From the NCBI GenBank assembly GCA_964016885.1, contig OZ024740.1:370140001-370204000 (forward strand): a stretch of DNA of 64,000 nucleotides. Reading direction: 5' to 3'. Below are positions 37,703 through 51,249 of this stretch, one piece after another. The notes below the pieces were generated by a model, which was given only the letters and a program-made list of their open reading frames with translations, searched no databases and was not told the DNA's origin. Origin of the DNA: Eledone cirrhosa. Its lineage: Eukaryota. Each line of letters opens with the position of its first letter. The first letter of the stretch is position 1. A program made the translations under genes and the position numbers.

Positions 37703-39789
37703 GCGTGTGCGTGTGTGTGTGGGGGGGGGTATGTATATAATTGTTATTTTTATTTGAATTAACATAAGAATAATGTACTTTCTCGGTGATCGTAACTTGT
37801 ATTTTGTCGATAAATATGTGTACACTTGTGTTTGGTTCTTCAGCAGATTGGGTACAGTAAAATTAGATCTGGGATGATAGTTCTGCTTCTAAATAATTTA
37901 TAAACATCGCCCAGTCATTCTTGGGAAATTGATATTTTATTACTCTAGGCTTTATTTACTGAAATTGACAATTCTTACTATTTTCGTTGTGTACCTATGA
38001 AAAACAACGAGACAACGACACTGTAGGACGATAAAGTAAAATAGGGCTGTATAACAGTTTAACGATTGATATTTTAAGCTAACGATTTAACGTTTAGAAT
38101 GTTAGTCCTTCATGAGGAAAATGAATGATGGGTAGAAGAGGAAGAAACAACAATTTACGAGTGGAAAGCTCGTGCCTTCTCAATAAGCCTAAATCTACCT
38201 GTTTTAATTACCTCCGGTTACATTTAGAACTCTTTTCATCTGATCACTAATCTCTCCGGAAGTAAAGCTATTGCAAAATGGGAGACTGAAAAGGTGGCAC
38301 CAAATCCACCGACACTCATGCATTTGTCTAATGATATTATTGTAGTACTTATATATATAAATAGATATGTGAACGAGTATCCATAACACGGTGATATGCA
38401 CACACATACATTTTATTTACGAACATACAACCAGTCGAACCCATAAAGCCTGACCTATGCATGTATATATGTATTCAGCTCAGACGGTCTAACAATGTCT
38501 ACGTTTATTACTTGCAGACGAGCGCACATTCACACATATACACATATATGCATTTATATTATTATAGTTGTATATACTTATACGTACCTTAATAAACCCA
38601 CATACATGTTTATGCAAGAGCACATACACAAAAGTGAATATGAATACAATTGATATAGGAATTCGAACTATTTCCGGCATTCTTTCATTTTTTCCTCTCT
38701 CTCTCTCTCAATGAATAACAAATTGCTGCCTTTTATTAATAGCCTTAAGACTTTAGTGATATTTATGTTTATTCATCACTTTTTACTGAAAGGGTCCACT
38801 AATTCAGTAAAATGTATTATGGTTTTAATTTTATCAATAAACTTTTATATATATTTCCTTTTTATCAATAAGTTCTTATTAATTTTTTTATCAATAAACA
38901 AAGTTCAAAAAGCTTTCATTAATTTATAAACTTTTTATTATGTTATCAAACCAATAATCCACCATATTTTAAATTCATTAACCGAACTCTGCTTATTTAT
39001 TCGTTTTAATTTTCTTCTTTATTCATCTCCATTAATATTACCGACACGTTATTTCACCTAACTCACCCCAAATCATGTTCCTACATAAAGTAGCAAACAT
39101 CAGCTATTCCAATTGCCAGGCTTACCTAATTAATTTTCCGAGGTTAATTTGATCGGAAATATCGATAGACTTTTTTAATTACTCACCACACACACAGCAC
39201 ATTGCCCCACCTTTACGGATCAACAATGAAATATATATTAATTTTACGAATGCCTCTAATTGACGTATGCATGATTAAAATCTTGGCTTGCTCCAAGTCA
39301 TAACTCACCTTGCCCTAACAGCCTACAATACTTCCAACAAATTTGGCAATCCATGATTTCTTCCTCTCTATTGCACAGTCATATTCATCTCATTAGTCTA
39401 ATTAGTGTCATTATTACCGTCATTGTTTGAATCATGGTCATTGATATCTATTTTTTAATTTTCAATAGATTTTCAAATTATTATTGTCAGTGCGACGTTT
39501 ATGAATATTATTTCTATTGTTGCTATTATTACTAGCATTATTATTAATAACATAAGACCCGTCAAAAATGAATAGATGCCTATGAAAATATATTAAATTT
39601 AATAAAACATTGATTAAAACATACCATGTGAGGATCATCGAGTTTCCTTACCTTTTGTAATGTTCAGTTACTTCTACTTCTATTTCATGTGGTTGTTGTT
39701 GTTTTTCTTCTTTTTTCTCCTCCTCCTTCTTCTTCTTCCTAAAATACTACATGTTCCTGGGAAGGCCGTAAGGGCACAGTCATGACGCA

Positions 39790-40665
39790 CGCCTTCCAAC
39801 GGGTTCTATCAGAAAAAGGTGTCCCCAATTGATCCGACAAAATCCCCAAGCGAGACCAGTGCGGCTCATGGATGTTAGCTAACCATCTTGCTCATACCTA
39901 TCAGGTCCATGTCGGAGATCAAATTAGTGCCGAGTGATCCTAGCCGAGTGATCCATGAAGACTATGAATAGGATAGGTAATAGTACCCATCTTTGCAGGA
40001 GTTCAACACCCTTATTGAAAGGTTTGGTGCACCATTTATCCATACACGAATATTAGAGATTTCTTATAGATACATTCGGGCAACAACTAGCAGTGCATCG
40101 ATCGATCCCATTATCCTTCAAAACCTTCCACAACAGGTTCCATGGAACGCTGCCATATGCCTCTTTCTCATCTACGAAACAAGAATACACCTCTTTGAAA
40201 TACTTCCACTTCGTTCGTCATCTAGCTTCGAGGTGACTACATCTTTTTGCCATACCCAAAGCATAAATAATATCATGTAGACCTACCAAGGAGATCTATC
40301 TATACCTGGAGGAATATCTCTGGTCTCTCATTCTAAAAATTAGGATTATCACGAATTTCAACTTCACCAGAGGCCGTGCTACATTTGAGCTCATTAATTG
40401 ATCTTGTGACCACAGTCTTCAAAAGGTTAGTCATCGCTCCCGAGTTTAGAATTTCAGTAAAGTATCCGCCTCTCACATGGATGCACCGTTCCGAAGAGCC
40501 AAAAACCCTAGACGCGTTTCTCATAACAAGTATGAAGGAGTACTTGAAGGAGTACGGTGTATGGTATGCCATAACACTTTATTGGGTGATCTGAAATCGG
40601 GTCCCAGCTTAACATGAAAATCCACCCATGCCTTAACATTGCACGCGTTCACTGTCTTTGCTGTG
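39790..40665 (-). mobile_element. Decayed RTE-like LINE RT fragment
   Basis: YFTEILN...VTRSINELKCSTASG...YSCFVDEKEAYGSVPWNLLWKVL (RT motif FVDxxKAYDxV). Confidence 0.65.
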
Positions 40666-40667
40666 CC

Positions 40668-40755
<88 letters not shown>

Positions 40756-40756
40756 T

Positions 40757-41663
40757 GATCATGGAATACCACAAGCTTGCGTGTTACGTAAGTTGGATAA
40801 ATGATTTCGGGTTTCATAGAAACACCTCAGACGTAATTCGTTTGATTTGTCCAGGTCTGCTTTTTTAACCTGTTAGTTCTTTCGTTACTTTGGTATTTTG
40901 TGGTTGGGTTTTGCCTACCGCAATGTTCAATTTCTCAAGCTATTTAAACGTATGTTATTATACTAAGGACCTACCCTTATTGAGTGCTTTGCTAACTCAT
41001 TCCTATTGTAGGTCGACTTTGCTTGGCCACAGCCAAAGCTTAAATTTTACTAATATTCCACTTGTATTATTTTCTCCTAGATTTAATAATTAACTAACTA
41101 ATTTAATTAAACAATTCTGTTGATTGGTTAGTTATTTGTGTTTGTTTAATAACATATGGTTGAGAGTTTTTATTCGGAATGTTTGAGAAGGAAATTATAA
41201 TATTTCCCTAGTTAACACTTTCAATTTACCCGCCAGAAACCGGGGGTTGCTTCCCTTGTTGGAAATAACACGTGACAACGAAGTGTTTGAAGGCTGCCTT
41301 CTGTAACGGTCACATTTAATTTGTTCACACCAGTTTGGGGCAGAACGGAGTCCCTGTTGATGAAATGAATCTTCTGTTCGATCATAGAATACCACAAGCT
41401 TGCGTGTTACGTAATTGGATAAATGATATCGTATTCATAGACAAACCTCAGACGTATATCGTTTCATTTATCCAGGTCTGTTCTTTTAACCTGTTCGCTC
41501 TTTCGTTACTTTGGTATTGTATGGTTGGGTTTTGCCTACCGCAATGTTTTATTTGTCAAGCTATTTAAACGTATGTTGTTACTCTAAGGACCTACCCTCA
41601 TTGAGTGCTTTGCTAACTCATTCCTATTGAAGGTTGACTTTGCTTGCCCACAGCAGAAGCTTC
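40757..41663. repeat. TA-flanked partial tandem, period ~622 bp
   Basis: 40757-41041 recurs at 41380-41662. Confidence 0.8.
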
Positions 41664-41669
41664 GATTTG

Positions 41670-41745
<76 letters not shown>

Positions 41746-41806
41746 TATATATAAGTATGTATACGTACATACATATATGTATACAGACGTACAGTAGTAT
41801 GTATAT

Positions 41807-41871
<65 letters not shown>

Positions 41872-41877
41872 CAGTAG

Positions 41878-41942
<65 letters not shown>

Positions 41943-42049
41943 ATATACATACATACATACATGCACACATATATATGTATGTACGTATGGATTCACCGAA
42001 CATTTATTATAATGCTCGGTGTGTTTGTAAACAAATATCCCGAATTATG

Positions 42050-42097
<48 letters not shown>

Positions 42098-42509
42098 CTA
42101 CTGTACGTCTGTATACATATATGCATGTACGTATAATACATACTTATATTTAAGTAACAGCCGTACTAAGAGTGAGAAATGAAATGTCGTTTCATTTTTT
42201 CCGTTTATCGTTTTCGGTAGCCCGGTCGATTAACTCACTCGATATGCAAATTAGGCTTCTCAGCCGTTAATAGGCATAATGAAAGTATATACTTTCAGAC
42301 GTTCAACCATCTGGCAGAAAGGTATACGTTGCTGACGATAGCTAATAAGCTAGGAACTAGCACAGCGTTCCTTTGTCAGTGTTGAACAAATGAGCAACGA
42401 TGGTTGCTAGACACTGTACGGCTTAATTCGGAATGTTTGTTTACAAACACACCGAGCATTATAAAAAATGTTCGGTGAATCCATACGTACATATATATAT
42501 GTATGCATG

Positions 42510-42555
<46 letters not shown>

Positions 42556-42558
<3 letters not shown>

Positions 42559-42731
42559 CGAAGGAAATGTGGTAAGGAACCAGGTGGACCATAACGCACC
42601 AAAGTACTCAATACTTAGGTAGTAGAGTGGGTAATAGGAACGAGTGGGACCCCGACGGCTGATCTCAAACCGTTTCCAGAATTAGACGTCGAAACGGCTT
42701 GATCTCAGCCGTCGGGGTCCTACTCGTTCCT
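42556..42731. mobile_element. Family A hairpin nested in the TA tract of the K array
   Basis: Tail arm on -, short arm on +. Confidence 0.88.
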
Positions 42732-43165
42732 ATATATATATATATATACATACTACTGTACGTCTGTATACATATATGTATGTACGTATACATACTTATA
42801 TTTAAGTAACAGCCGTACTAAGAGTGAGAAATGAAATGTCGTTTCATTTTTTACGTTTATCCTTTTCGGTAGCCCGGCCGATTAACTCACTCGATATGCA
42901 AATTAGACTGCTCAGTCATTAATATGCATAAGGAAAGTATATACTTTCAGTCGTTAAACCATCTGGCAGGAAGGTATACGTTGCTGGCGATAGCTAATAA
43001 GCTTGAAACTAGTACAGCGTTCCTTTATCAGTGTTGAACAAATGAGCAACGATGGTTGCTAGACTCTGTACGGCTTAATTCGGGATGTTTGTTTACAAAC
43101 ACACCGAGCATTATAAAAAATGTTCGGTGAAACCATACGTACATATATATAGGTGTGCATGTATG

Positions 43166-43225
<60 letters not shown>

Positions 43226-43354
43226 CTACTGTATGTATATAACGATGGTTGCTAGACTCTGTACGGCTTAATTCGGGATGTTTGTTTGCAAACACACCGA
43301 GCATTATAAAAAATGTTCGGTGAATCCATACGTACATATATATATGTGTGCATG

Positions 43355-43394
<40 letters not shown>

Positions 43395-43619
43395 CTACTG
43401 TACGTCTGTATACATATATGTATGTACGTATACATACTTATATTTAAGTAACAACCGTACTAAGAGTGAGAAATGAAATTTCGTTTCATTTTTTCCGTTT
43501 ATCGTTTTCGGTAGCCCGGCCGATTAACTCACTCGATATGCAAACTAGGCTGCTCAGCCGTTAATATGCGTAAGGAAAGTATATACTTTCAGACAGTCAA
43601 CCATCTGGCAGGAAGGTAT

Positions 43620-43662
43620 ACGTTGCTGACGATAGCTAATAAGCTTGAAACTAGTACAGCGT
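43620..43662 (+). ncRNA. Minimal type I hammerhead ribozyme, family K
   Basis: acgttg CTGACGA tagct aata agctt GAAA CTAG TA cagcgt; copies at ~42326 and ~42978 carry core mutations. Confidence 0.9.
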
Positions 43663-43808
43663 TCCTTTGTCAGTGTTGAACAAATGAGCAACGATGGTTG
43701 CTAGACACTGTACGGCTTAATCCGGGATGTTTGTTTACAAACACACCGAGCATTATAATAAATGTTCGGTGAATCCATACGTACTTATATATGTGTGTGC
43801 ATAGCATG

Positions 43809-43869
<61 letters not shown>

Positions 43870-43970
43870 TACTGTACGTCTCTATACATATATATATGTA
43901 CGTATACATACTTATATTTAAGTAACAACCGTACTAAGAGTGAGAAATGAAATTTCGTTTCATTTTTTCC

Positions 43971-44035
<65 letters not shown>

Positions 44036-44037
<2 letters not shown>

Positions 44038-44469
44038 ATAAAGAAAACAAAAAATCAGTGATGCATCTGGACTTAATTTATTGCGTGTTACAATTGTTTC
44101 TCCGGCAGGTAGCTCGAGACGTAGTCCTTGTATGGATCCGGCTGATTCTACTTCTGCATGTTCATTCAGACACGAGTATTTCGTTACGATCAAATTTTGT
44201 TAAAATTTTGATAAAATTTTGATAAAATTTACTCCTAACGAAATACTCGTGTCTGAATGAACCTGCAGAAATAGAATCAGCCGGATCCATACAAGGACCA
44301 TGTCTCGAGCTACCTGCCGGAGAAACAATTGTAACACGCACTAAATTAAGTCCAGAAGCATCACTGATTTTTCGTTTCCTTTATAATATCTACACACTAC
44401 TCTGATGAATATCGAGTGCTAATTTTGGCATACCCCATATGGAAGCACCTTAGCTACAATTATACACAA

Positions 44470-44471
<2 letters not shown>
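44036..44471. mobile_element. Family J hairpin insertion with variant HHR
   Basis: IR ~44036-44205 / 44220-44387; ~84-bp tail; cgtgt CTGAATGA...GAAAC aatt GTA acacg at 44248-44338. Confidence 0.85.
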
Positions 44472-44532
<61 letters not shown>

Positions 44533-44566
44533 CCTATATATATATATGTATATATATACATATATA

Positions 44567-44645
<79 letters not shown>

Positions 44646-44649
44646 ATAT

Positions 44650-44735
<86 letters not shown>

Positions 44736-44739
44736 ATAT

Positions 44740-44785
<46 letters not shown>
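44472..44785. repeat. Long (TA)n with repeated higher-order interruptions
   Basis: tacctatatacctataaata at 44641 and 44731. Confidence 0.9.
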
Positions 44786-44786
<1 letters not shown>

Positions 44787-44976
44787 GTAGAAGGTGAGCA
44801 ATATTGTAGAACAATAAAACTATGCATATATCAGTTAAGTAGCACTCAACAGTTGGTAGAACTGGAGTATATATTAAAGAAGGAATTAAAAGATGGTTAA
44901 AGAAGTTCCATATATTTTATTATGCGCATAATAAAATATATCGAACTTCTTTAACCATCTTTTAATTTCTTCTATA
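44786..44976. mobile_element. Hairpin of a PLE 3' end centred on the HHR helix III palindrome
   Basis: IR 44876-44975 centred on tatgcgcata; homologous to 25010-25057; ~85-bp tail on left arm. Confidence 0.8.
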
Positions 44977-45518
44977 AAAAGAAAAATATATATATAGTAA
45001 AGAGTGTGCAATTGGATTGCGTTCACAGGCGGTATGCTAAGATGAGCACTAGAATACATTGGGGAGCAGGGTATCGATAATAATAATTAGTGAACAAAGA
45101 CGTGAGTCTATATGTGACAACACAAATCTGAGGAGCTTTTGATTCCAGAGTCAGGAACGAACATAATCGATCATTCCTGGAGCTGATCGGCAATGAAACA
45201 TATGTAGTATGTGATTAAATATGTATATAATGCAATACTGATTCTTTGTTGCCAAATTATTATTATTATTATCATATATATATATATGTACACACAAACA
45301 CATACACAAACACACACACACACACACACACACTCATACACACATATATATATATATATATATGCTGCATTAGTGCTGCAGAAACTCGAGTTTTACGTGT
45401 GTTGTGTTGAGGCAAATAACTATGTGTATACTCTGGTAATGTATCTTACATTGCCCATTGAGTGCGCTGAGATACGACCGGTACTGGCATTGATAAATAT
45501 GGTGGGTCCGTCAACCTT

Positions 45519-45570
<52 letters not shown>

Positions 45571-45578
45571 TATATATG

Positions 45579-45647
<69 letters not shown>

Positions 45648-48547
45648 TATGCTATATCTAAGTATGTATATTGAATTATTTTCACCCGGCAAAGTGAAAT
45701 TAAAATTCAAACATACTATGAGGCTAAAACCAATTGCTATATAATTATATTACTCATTTCCTTTTGTTACCCTAGTTTTCCAAATCGCATCCTTTAATTT
45801 CAAATAACTAATACCATATCGAGATTTGCATGCTAAAATCTTTTTTTAAGTTTGTTTTTTATAGTTGTTTTTATTTTATTACATTTTTTTTTTTTTACTT
45901 CTCTCTGATATAGGTTTCGTTTCACTTTGCCTGGAATTGTTTGTTAATTAAATCAAAAGAGAGAAAAGGGATGGATGCTTATTTAGTTTCAATAACAAAT
46001 TCAAATTAAACTGACTAGCCTTCCCTGAAATATATTTTTGCATTGACATATATATTTTCTTTATTTCTTCGTTTATTTCTTCTTTTATTAATCATTTCAG
46101 TGCAACTCGTGGCGAGTTACTTCAATCATATTCTTTAAATTAAGTTTCCGTACAGTCATAGAATTTCAAAGTTAGCATCATTTTTCTGTTTCGGCAAATT
46201 AATCTGCGCTCCGGCTGTATACGTACGGCAAAAATGTAATGGAGGCAAAATGAAATGTAATAATGACTGCTTTTTTTTCACTTATTCTATTAATTATTTT
46301 ATTTATTTTGATTCAAATATATTTTGTCAGAACGTATTATACCTTTTGGATGTTAACAATGCTATTCAATTCGTTTTATCCAAGAAAGATTATTTATGAA
46401 ATAGGAATATAGAAATAAAATAGCAGCCTAAATAGGGTAAATTGTGTGTTTCATTATCAGTAAAGTTATTGCAAAGATAATTGCCTATTAAGCCGATGTA
46501 ATGAAGACTGATTTTTATTTCAATTTATATGAAATTATGTTCTGTTGTTTGCAAAAGTAACGAATATCTCAATATGTATATACATGGGTATGAGTTGTTT
46601 ATATAAATTGTCAGCAACGTTGAGGTTATATCATAAGCTCCTAACGAACGCAATCGTAGTGGTGATGAGGCCACCATTTTCAAGAAGAAGAAGGAAAATG
46701 TTCTTAATAAGTATACGATATCAGCAATATCGACACCACAGTATATTCCACAAGTCGATTAAAGTGTCAATTCGCTAGAAATAGGCGCCAAGTCTCAATT
46801 CATACTGAAACATCTAAAGTAAAATAAGCATAGGTTAACCTATGACTAAATGAAGATAAATAATGGTAAGGCGTTGAGCTTCTTTCATCATAGACGCGAT
46901 TGACCAGGAGCTCGAGCTCAACAGCAATAATACTATACATAATGAAAAAAGTATGTTTATGATTGTCTGGGTAAGTACTAAACTTATAACAGATCCGATG
47001 TTTCTGAATGCATTTACTACAATCTAGTTGTTGTTTAGCTACCGTCATGATGTATGAACAGACCTACGATCAGATACACTTCATTGTTCAATAAGAGGGT
47101 TACGGTTTTTATCTTAAACAGCAGTTACGACCGCATGAATGCTTCTTATTTGTTAATCAGAATAAAAGTTGCTATATAGCTGCAAGGCTGTTCTGATTGT
47201 AGACTTCTTCTTCAGATATTTTAGCTCTAAACATCTTTCCTTTTAAAAGTATCTCTGTTTAAACAATCGAATGTTCTATTTGAAGAGGCTAGGGCGTGAT
47301 TTCAATAAATGTGGCCGCTATTTCTAGTATGACGAATGTCTGCAATAAAGTTCCCTTTTTTATTCTACTTTACGGAATTTATCAATATCTAATCAGGAAA
47401 TATTTACTGAATCGTAGATAACAGATAAGATGGTAGATGAAGAATTTGATTGACCGTCTTTGAAGATATTGCACTGGATTTCTGATAGAATGTTCTTACT
47501 TCTAATTCTATCGATTCCTATGGAACTTAATGCCTTTCAAAGATAATCCATAAAGTCACTGCCCCTCAAAAGAATACAGTGGACGGTGTGTGTTCATGTC
47601 TTCATCTGCATTTAAAGTTTAATCAGCATTAAGATGTGTATGGGATTTTAAATCGTAAAATCTTGATCGAAGGAGTCAAGAAGAAGCTAATAGGAGTCGA
47701 TTAAGTTGACCCAAGCATTTGAACGTTAGTTTGTATCAAATTCGTAACGATGAATGGCAAGGTTGTCTGTGGAATGTGAATTCAAGTTGTAAAGGTACAG
47801 AACAAATGACGCTAGGAGTATTGGTGAACAAAACTATTTTGTAAATCCAAATTCTTTAAATACTTGAAATTGTCACAATTACGCTGCTTGTATCAACCAC
47901 CCGCACTTAACATATGATATCAGATTTCAGATACATAGATTCTCATTGCATTTCTCCTATCCACATAGTTTTGCACACATGTAATCTGAAAATAATTATT
48001 TAAAATATTTTCAGCTTCCTCTTCTATCAATGTATTAACAAACGTGTATATAGAAAAGCTAAATAGCTAAAAACAAAAGAAAATGAACAGGAAGCTAAAG
48101 TGAGAGAAACATTCAGATGTTCAACTTGCTCTAAACAGCAAATAAATCAAACTTTAAACTCTATATTGCCATCGTTATCAACATTAGATAATCTAACCAT
48201 TGATATATTAACCGAAAATAATAGGCGGGTGGAGCGAGAACGATTCGTGTACTGACTTCTTTCATCAAGCAAAAATTAACATAGGGCTAAACAACAATAG
48301 ATTTAATGCATATCTTACGTTTCAATGCAGAATATATTATCGATATAAATTTATTAATTTGCCAAATCAATCAAATAACTGATTCAGTTCCAACACTATT
48401 CTGCTTAGATGTCTTTTTGCCAGATTTAATATTTTGTATTCTAGCATTTCTTGATGTTCATTAAATTAGTTAATCAAAATATATAATGGAACAAAGTTGA
48501 TAACCAGCAAATAACATTATAACGTATTAATGTAACAAAACATCAGA

Positions 48548-48746
48548 GAATTAGAGTAAGGCTAAAGCATCGTTAATATTTTTCAATCTCTTCCAGAAAT
48601 TAATATATCATGTTTATCATATAAACGTATTTACATTTGGGATCAATTGATAGGATCCCTAAATAGGTATATATAATAAACATGATATATTACTTCCTAG
48701 AAGAGATTGAAAAATATTAACGATGCTTTAGCCTTATTCTAATTCG
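48548..48746. repeat. ~200-bp inverted repeat, ~76-bp arms
   Basis: 48548-48623 versus 48670-48746. Confidence 0.8.
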
Positions 48747-49744
48747 AAATGCTTGTCTTTTTTAATAACTTTTGGATCTGCAGTGTTAATTCCCATCGAG
48801 GGGATATTAAAGGAATTCCAGCGTTGATCATTACCGGCTTTTACATGTCAGGAATTGCATTTATGAGAAGCCCGGAAGAGAGGATTTGGTTAATATATGA
48901 AACAGATCTCACTATCACGTAAATGATTTCCTCATTTGTAGATATTAGATGTCAGTATTATTTGAATAATATAGATGGTACAACAAAATAGCATTTCCAT
49001 CAACTATCTCTGACATATAGAAAATAACAATAAGTCTCGATTGTAAATCATCTTCTGAGTAAATTATTCGAATTATTATTACATTATTAAAGATTAATTA
49101 CAGGACATTGGGTCTCTAAATGTATTCGACTCTACTCTTATTTCTGCTTTATAGATAGTAGATAGTTTCAGCGCAGGACTATGTATTTAGATGGTAGATA
49201 ACCGTCTCGCTGTCAGTTGAAATATATCATACTAAATTATAACATTGTATATTAAATGTTCTGTAGTATATTTAATGACTATCAGATCGGGGAACATAAT
49301 TTCTAAACAATTGTCTGCAATGGGTATTGACAGAAAATGGACCGATGACGCCAATATAAACATAGAACAATCGCATAGGATTATCTAGATCGTACACAGA
49401 TAGCACTGTTTTTAGGTTAACGAATAGCTATAGCATAGCGTCGCCATATTTAAAACGATCGTATAATTACACCATAAACTTGTAACATACACGATCGACA
49501 TACACAGACATCGTAGTAAGAGATTGTTAACTGGAAGTTAAATACATCTTTTCCGATACGTGCATCCTATGGACAGTATTAGCACACTTTTTAAACGTTA
49601 GTTGACAAGAATAATGATCAAAAACTGGGGACGGTGCATTCTCACGTGTGCGATTAGATTACAATTTATGAATTCTAGCAAAGAAATAGTTATAGTAAAA
49701 ATAGAATAGAAGTGTCATTAGTAGTTAAACTGGAAACGGCAGTT

Positions 49745-50450
49745 AGGAGTGACATCGTGACCGACGTCTTAGATCATGAGTTTTAAGACACAAGTGAACG
49801 AAAGCTGAGTGGCCGTGACGGTGCTTAGCAAAAAGCATCACTTCGATCTTTGTCAGACTAGAATGTGTGTTGGCTACATGATTCCAGGCAGATGTGTGTT
49901 GTTTTCCAGATGCACTGTTCACAGCTGTTCTAGAAAGGTGCTGGTACGAAAAGGGGGGGTAGACGTAAGTCCACATCTCAATAGCCCAACTCAGCTCTCG
50001 CTTGATGTTGCAGTATACTGTGAAATGCCGTTACCAGCAGTAAGTGGTTGTACGGGAAGCAGATTACCCAGCTTAAATGGTATGATCTACAAGCTATACC
50101 CAGTCGTGACAGATATGGTCATAGATGTCTTGGTAGACGTCTACTGCAACTGGTGGCAGAACGGGAGAATTCCTTGTTCTGAGAAATGAGGTGTGGCGGC
50201 TCTCATGGGCAAGGCTTCAAATAAGTGAGTATAATTGAAAATTACCAGCTCCTAACTCGGAACGGCAAAGAATTTAAGATTTGTCCGAAGAGGTTATCAA
50301 CAAAGTGGCGCTTTTTATCGCAAGCGTTTTCGGGAGGGCACAGAGATGCATAATCCCGACCAGGTCTATTCAAGACAACCTCAAATACGGGTGATATATC
50401 GTAAAAAGCGTAAGGAGTCAGACTGGCTTCAGTGAGACTCAATGAAAGCC
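49745..50450 (-). mobile_element. Decayed LINE apurinic-endonuclease region
   Basis: GC-richer block; - strand remnants resembling YAP and xHILVxQR of APE domains. Confidence 0.4.
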
Positions 50451-51249
50451 TTTTCTGATGATGCACTCGATCCGTCATATCCGGGTCGTGACTCCGGATG
50501 ATGTTGTGGGTCACGACAGATACACACTAGGACGAGGGAACGAGCAGAGTAGCCAGTCTCACCCAGACATGGGCCGAGATGTAGCTATACCTGAAAGACC
50601 AGACAGTGATGGCGAACGCATACGTCACCTCCTTTATATATTAACACATGACCATCGGGCTTTTATTCAGTTCTCGTCACACCAGATTGGATCGTCAGCA
50701 CTCTCATTTCTCTTGGAAGGAACGCGTTCCAAGCGGCACATCTGCTGCAAGCACTTTTTTCCAGAATGCTGGTGCTATTGATGCGCAAACATACGGTGAG
50801 TCTGTGGTGATTAAAAACATTCCTCATCGGTGAACAAACATAATTGCTCTTTGTCAGGGGCACCATTCCTCAAATATACCCATTGTCTAGAATGCTTGGT
50901 CTGACACTACTACTGGTTCGAAAATAACTCAACTGGCACGGAAGCACTATCAGACGAACATATTCCAGATGCATTCAGAACGATGAAAACCTAGAAAATT
51001 AGTAATGTCCTTCAAACTACAAACACTCTCCGGTCAGTCTATCTGGACGGTTCGACAGGATGTCACGGATTACTGTAGCTATGCAGACATACAATTTTAA
51101 TGCTTATGCTACTTCTCTGAGTTTTTCTTGAAGCATGAGAATATTTCCGAAAGGACATAGCTGCAGACTGTTATTTCGGTAAGCAATATTCTGTTTTTGC
51201 AAATACTGGTCCAGTCCACCATAAATAATGTTGTCAATTGCTTCGTTCG

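Larger units (their letters stand above)
41750..43975 (+). mobile_element. Tandem retrozyme-like array, family K (~420 bp + internal TA tract per unit)
   Basis: Units at ~42095, 42750 and 43390, partials at 43225 and 43866; inverted arm 41750-42047; one HHR per unit. Confidence 0.9.

Noticed and set aside
41750-43975. CRISPR-like or satellite interpretation of the K array
   Set aside because: Units are ~420+ bp with no unique spacers, no cas genes, eukaryotic context; one HHR per unit fits a retrozyme
44400-44412. Extra CTGATGA in the family J tail
   Set aside because: No downstream GAAA or helices to complete a hammerhead
41613-45744. Many ORFs rich in YI, CV or RE dipeptides, here and throughout the window
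   Set aside because: Translations of (TA)n, (TG)n and (GA)n microsatellites, not genes
46700-46800. Possible Tc1/mariner transposase remnant on the - strand
   Set aside because: Only a vague W...DLWNIL resemblance across frameshifts; too weak without an HMM search
48780-48925. Possible short exon after ctgcag
   Set aside because: About 45 open codons, no recognisable homology, weak splice signals
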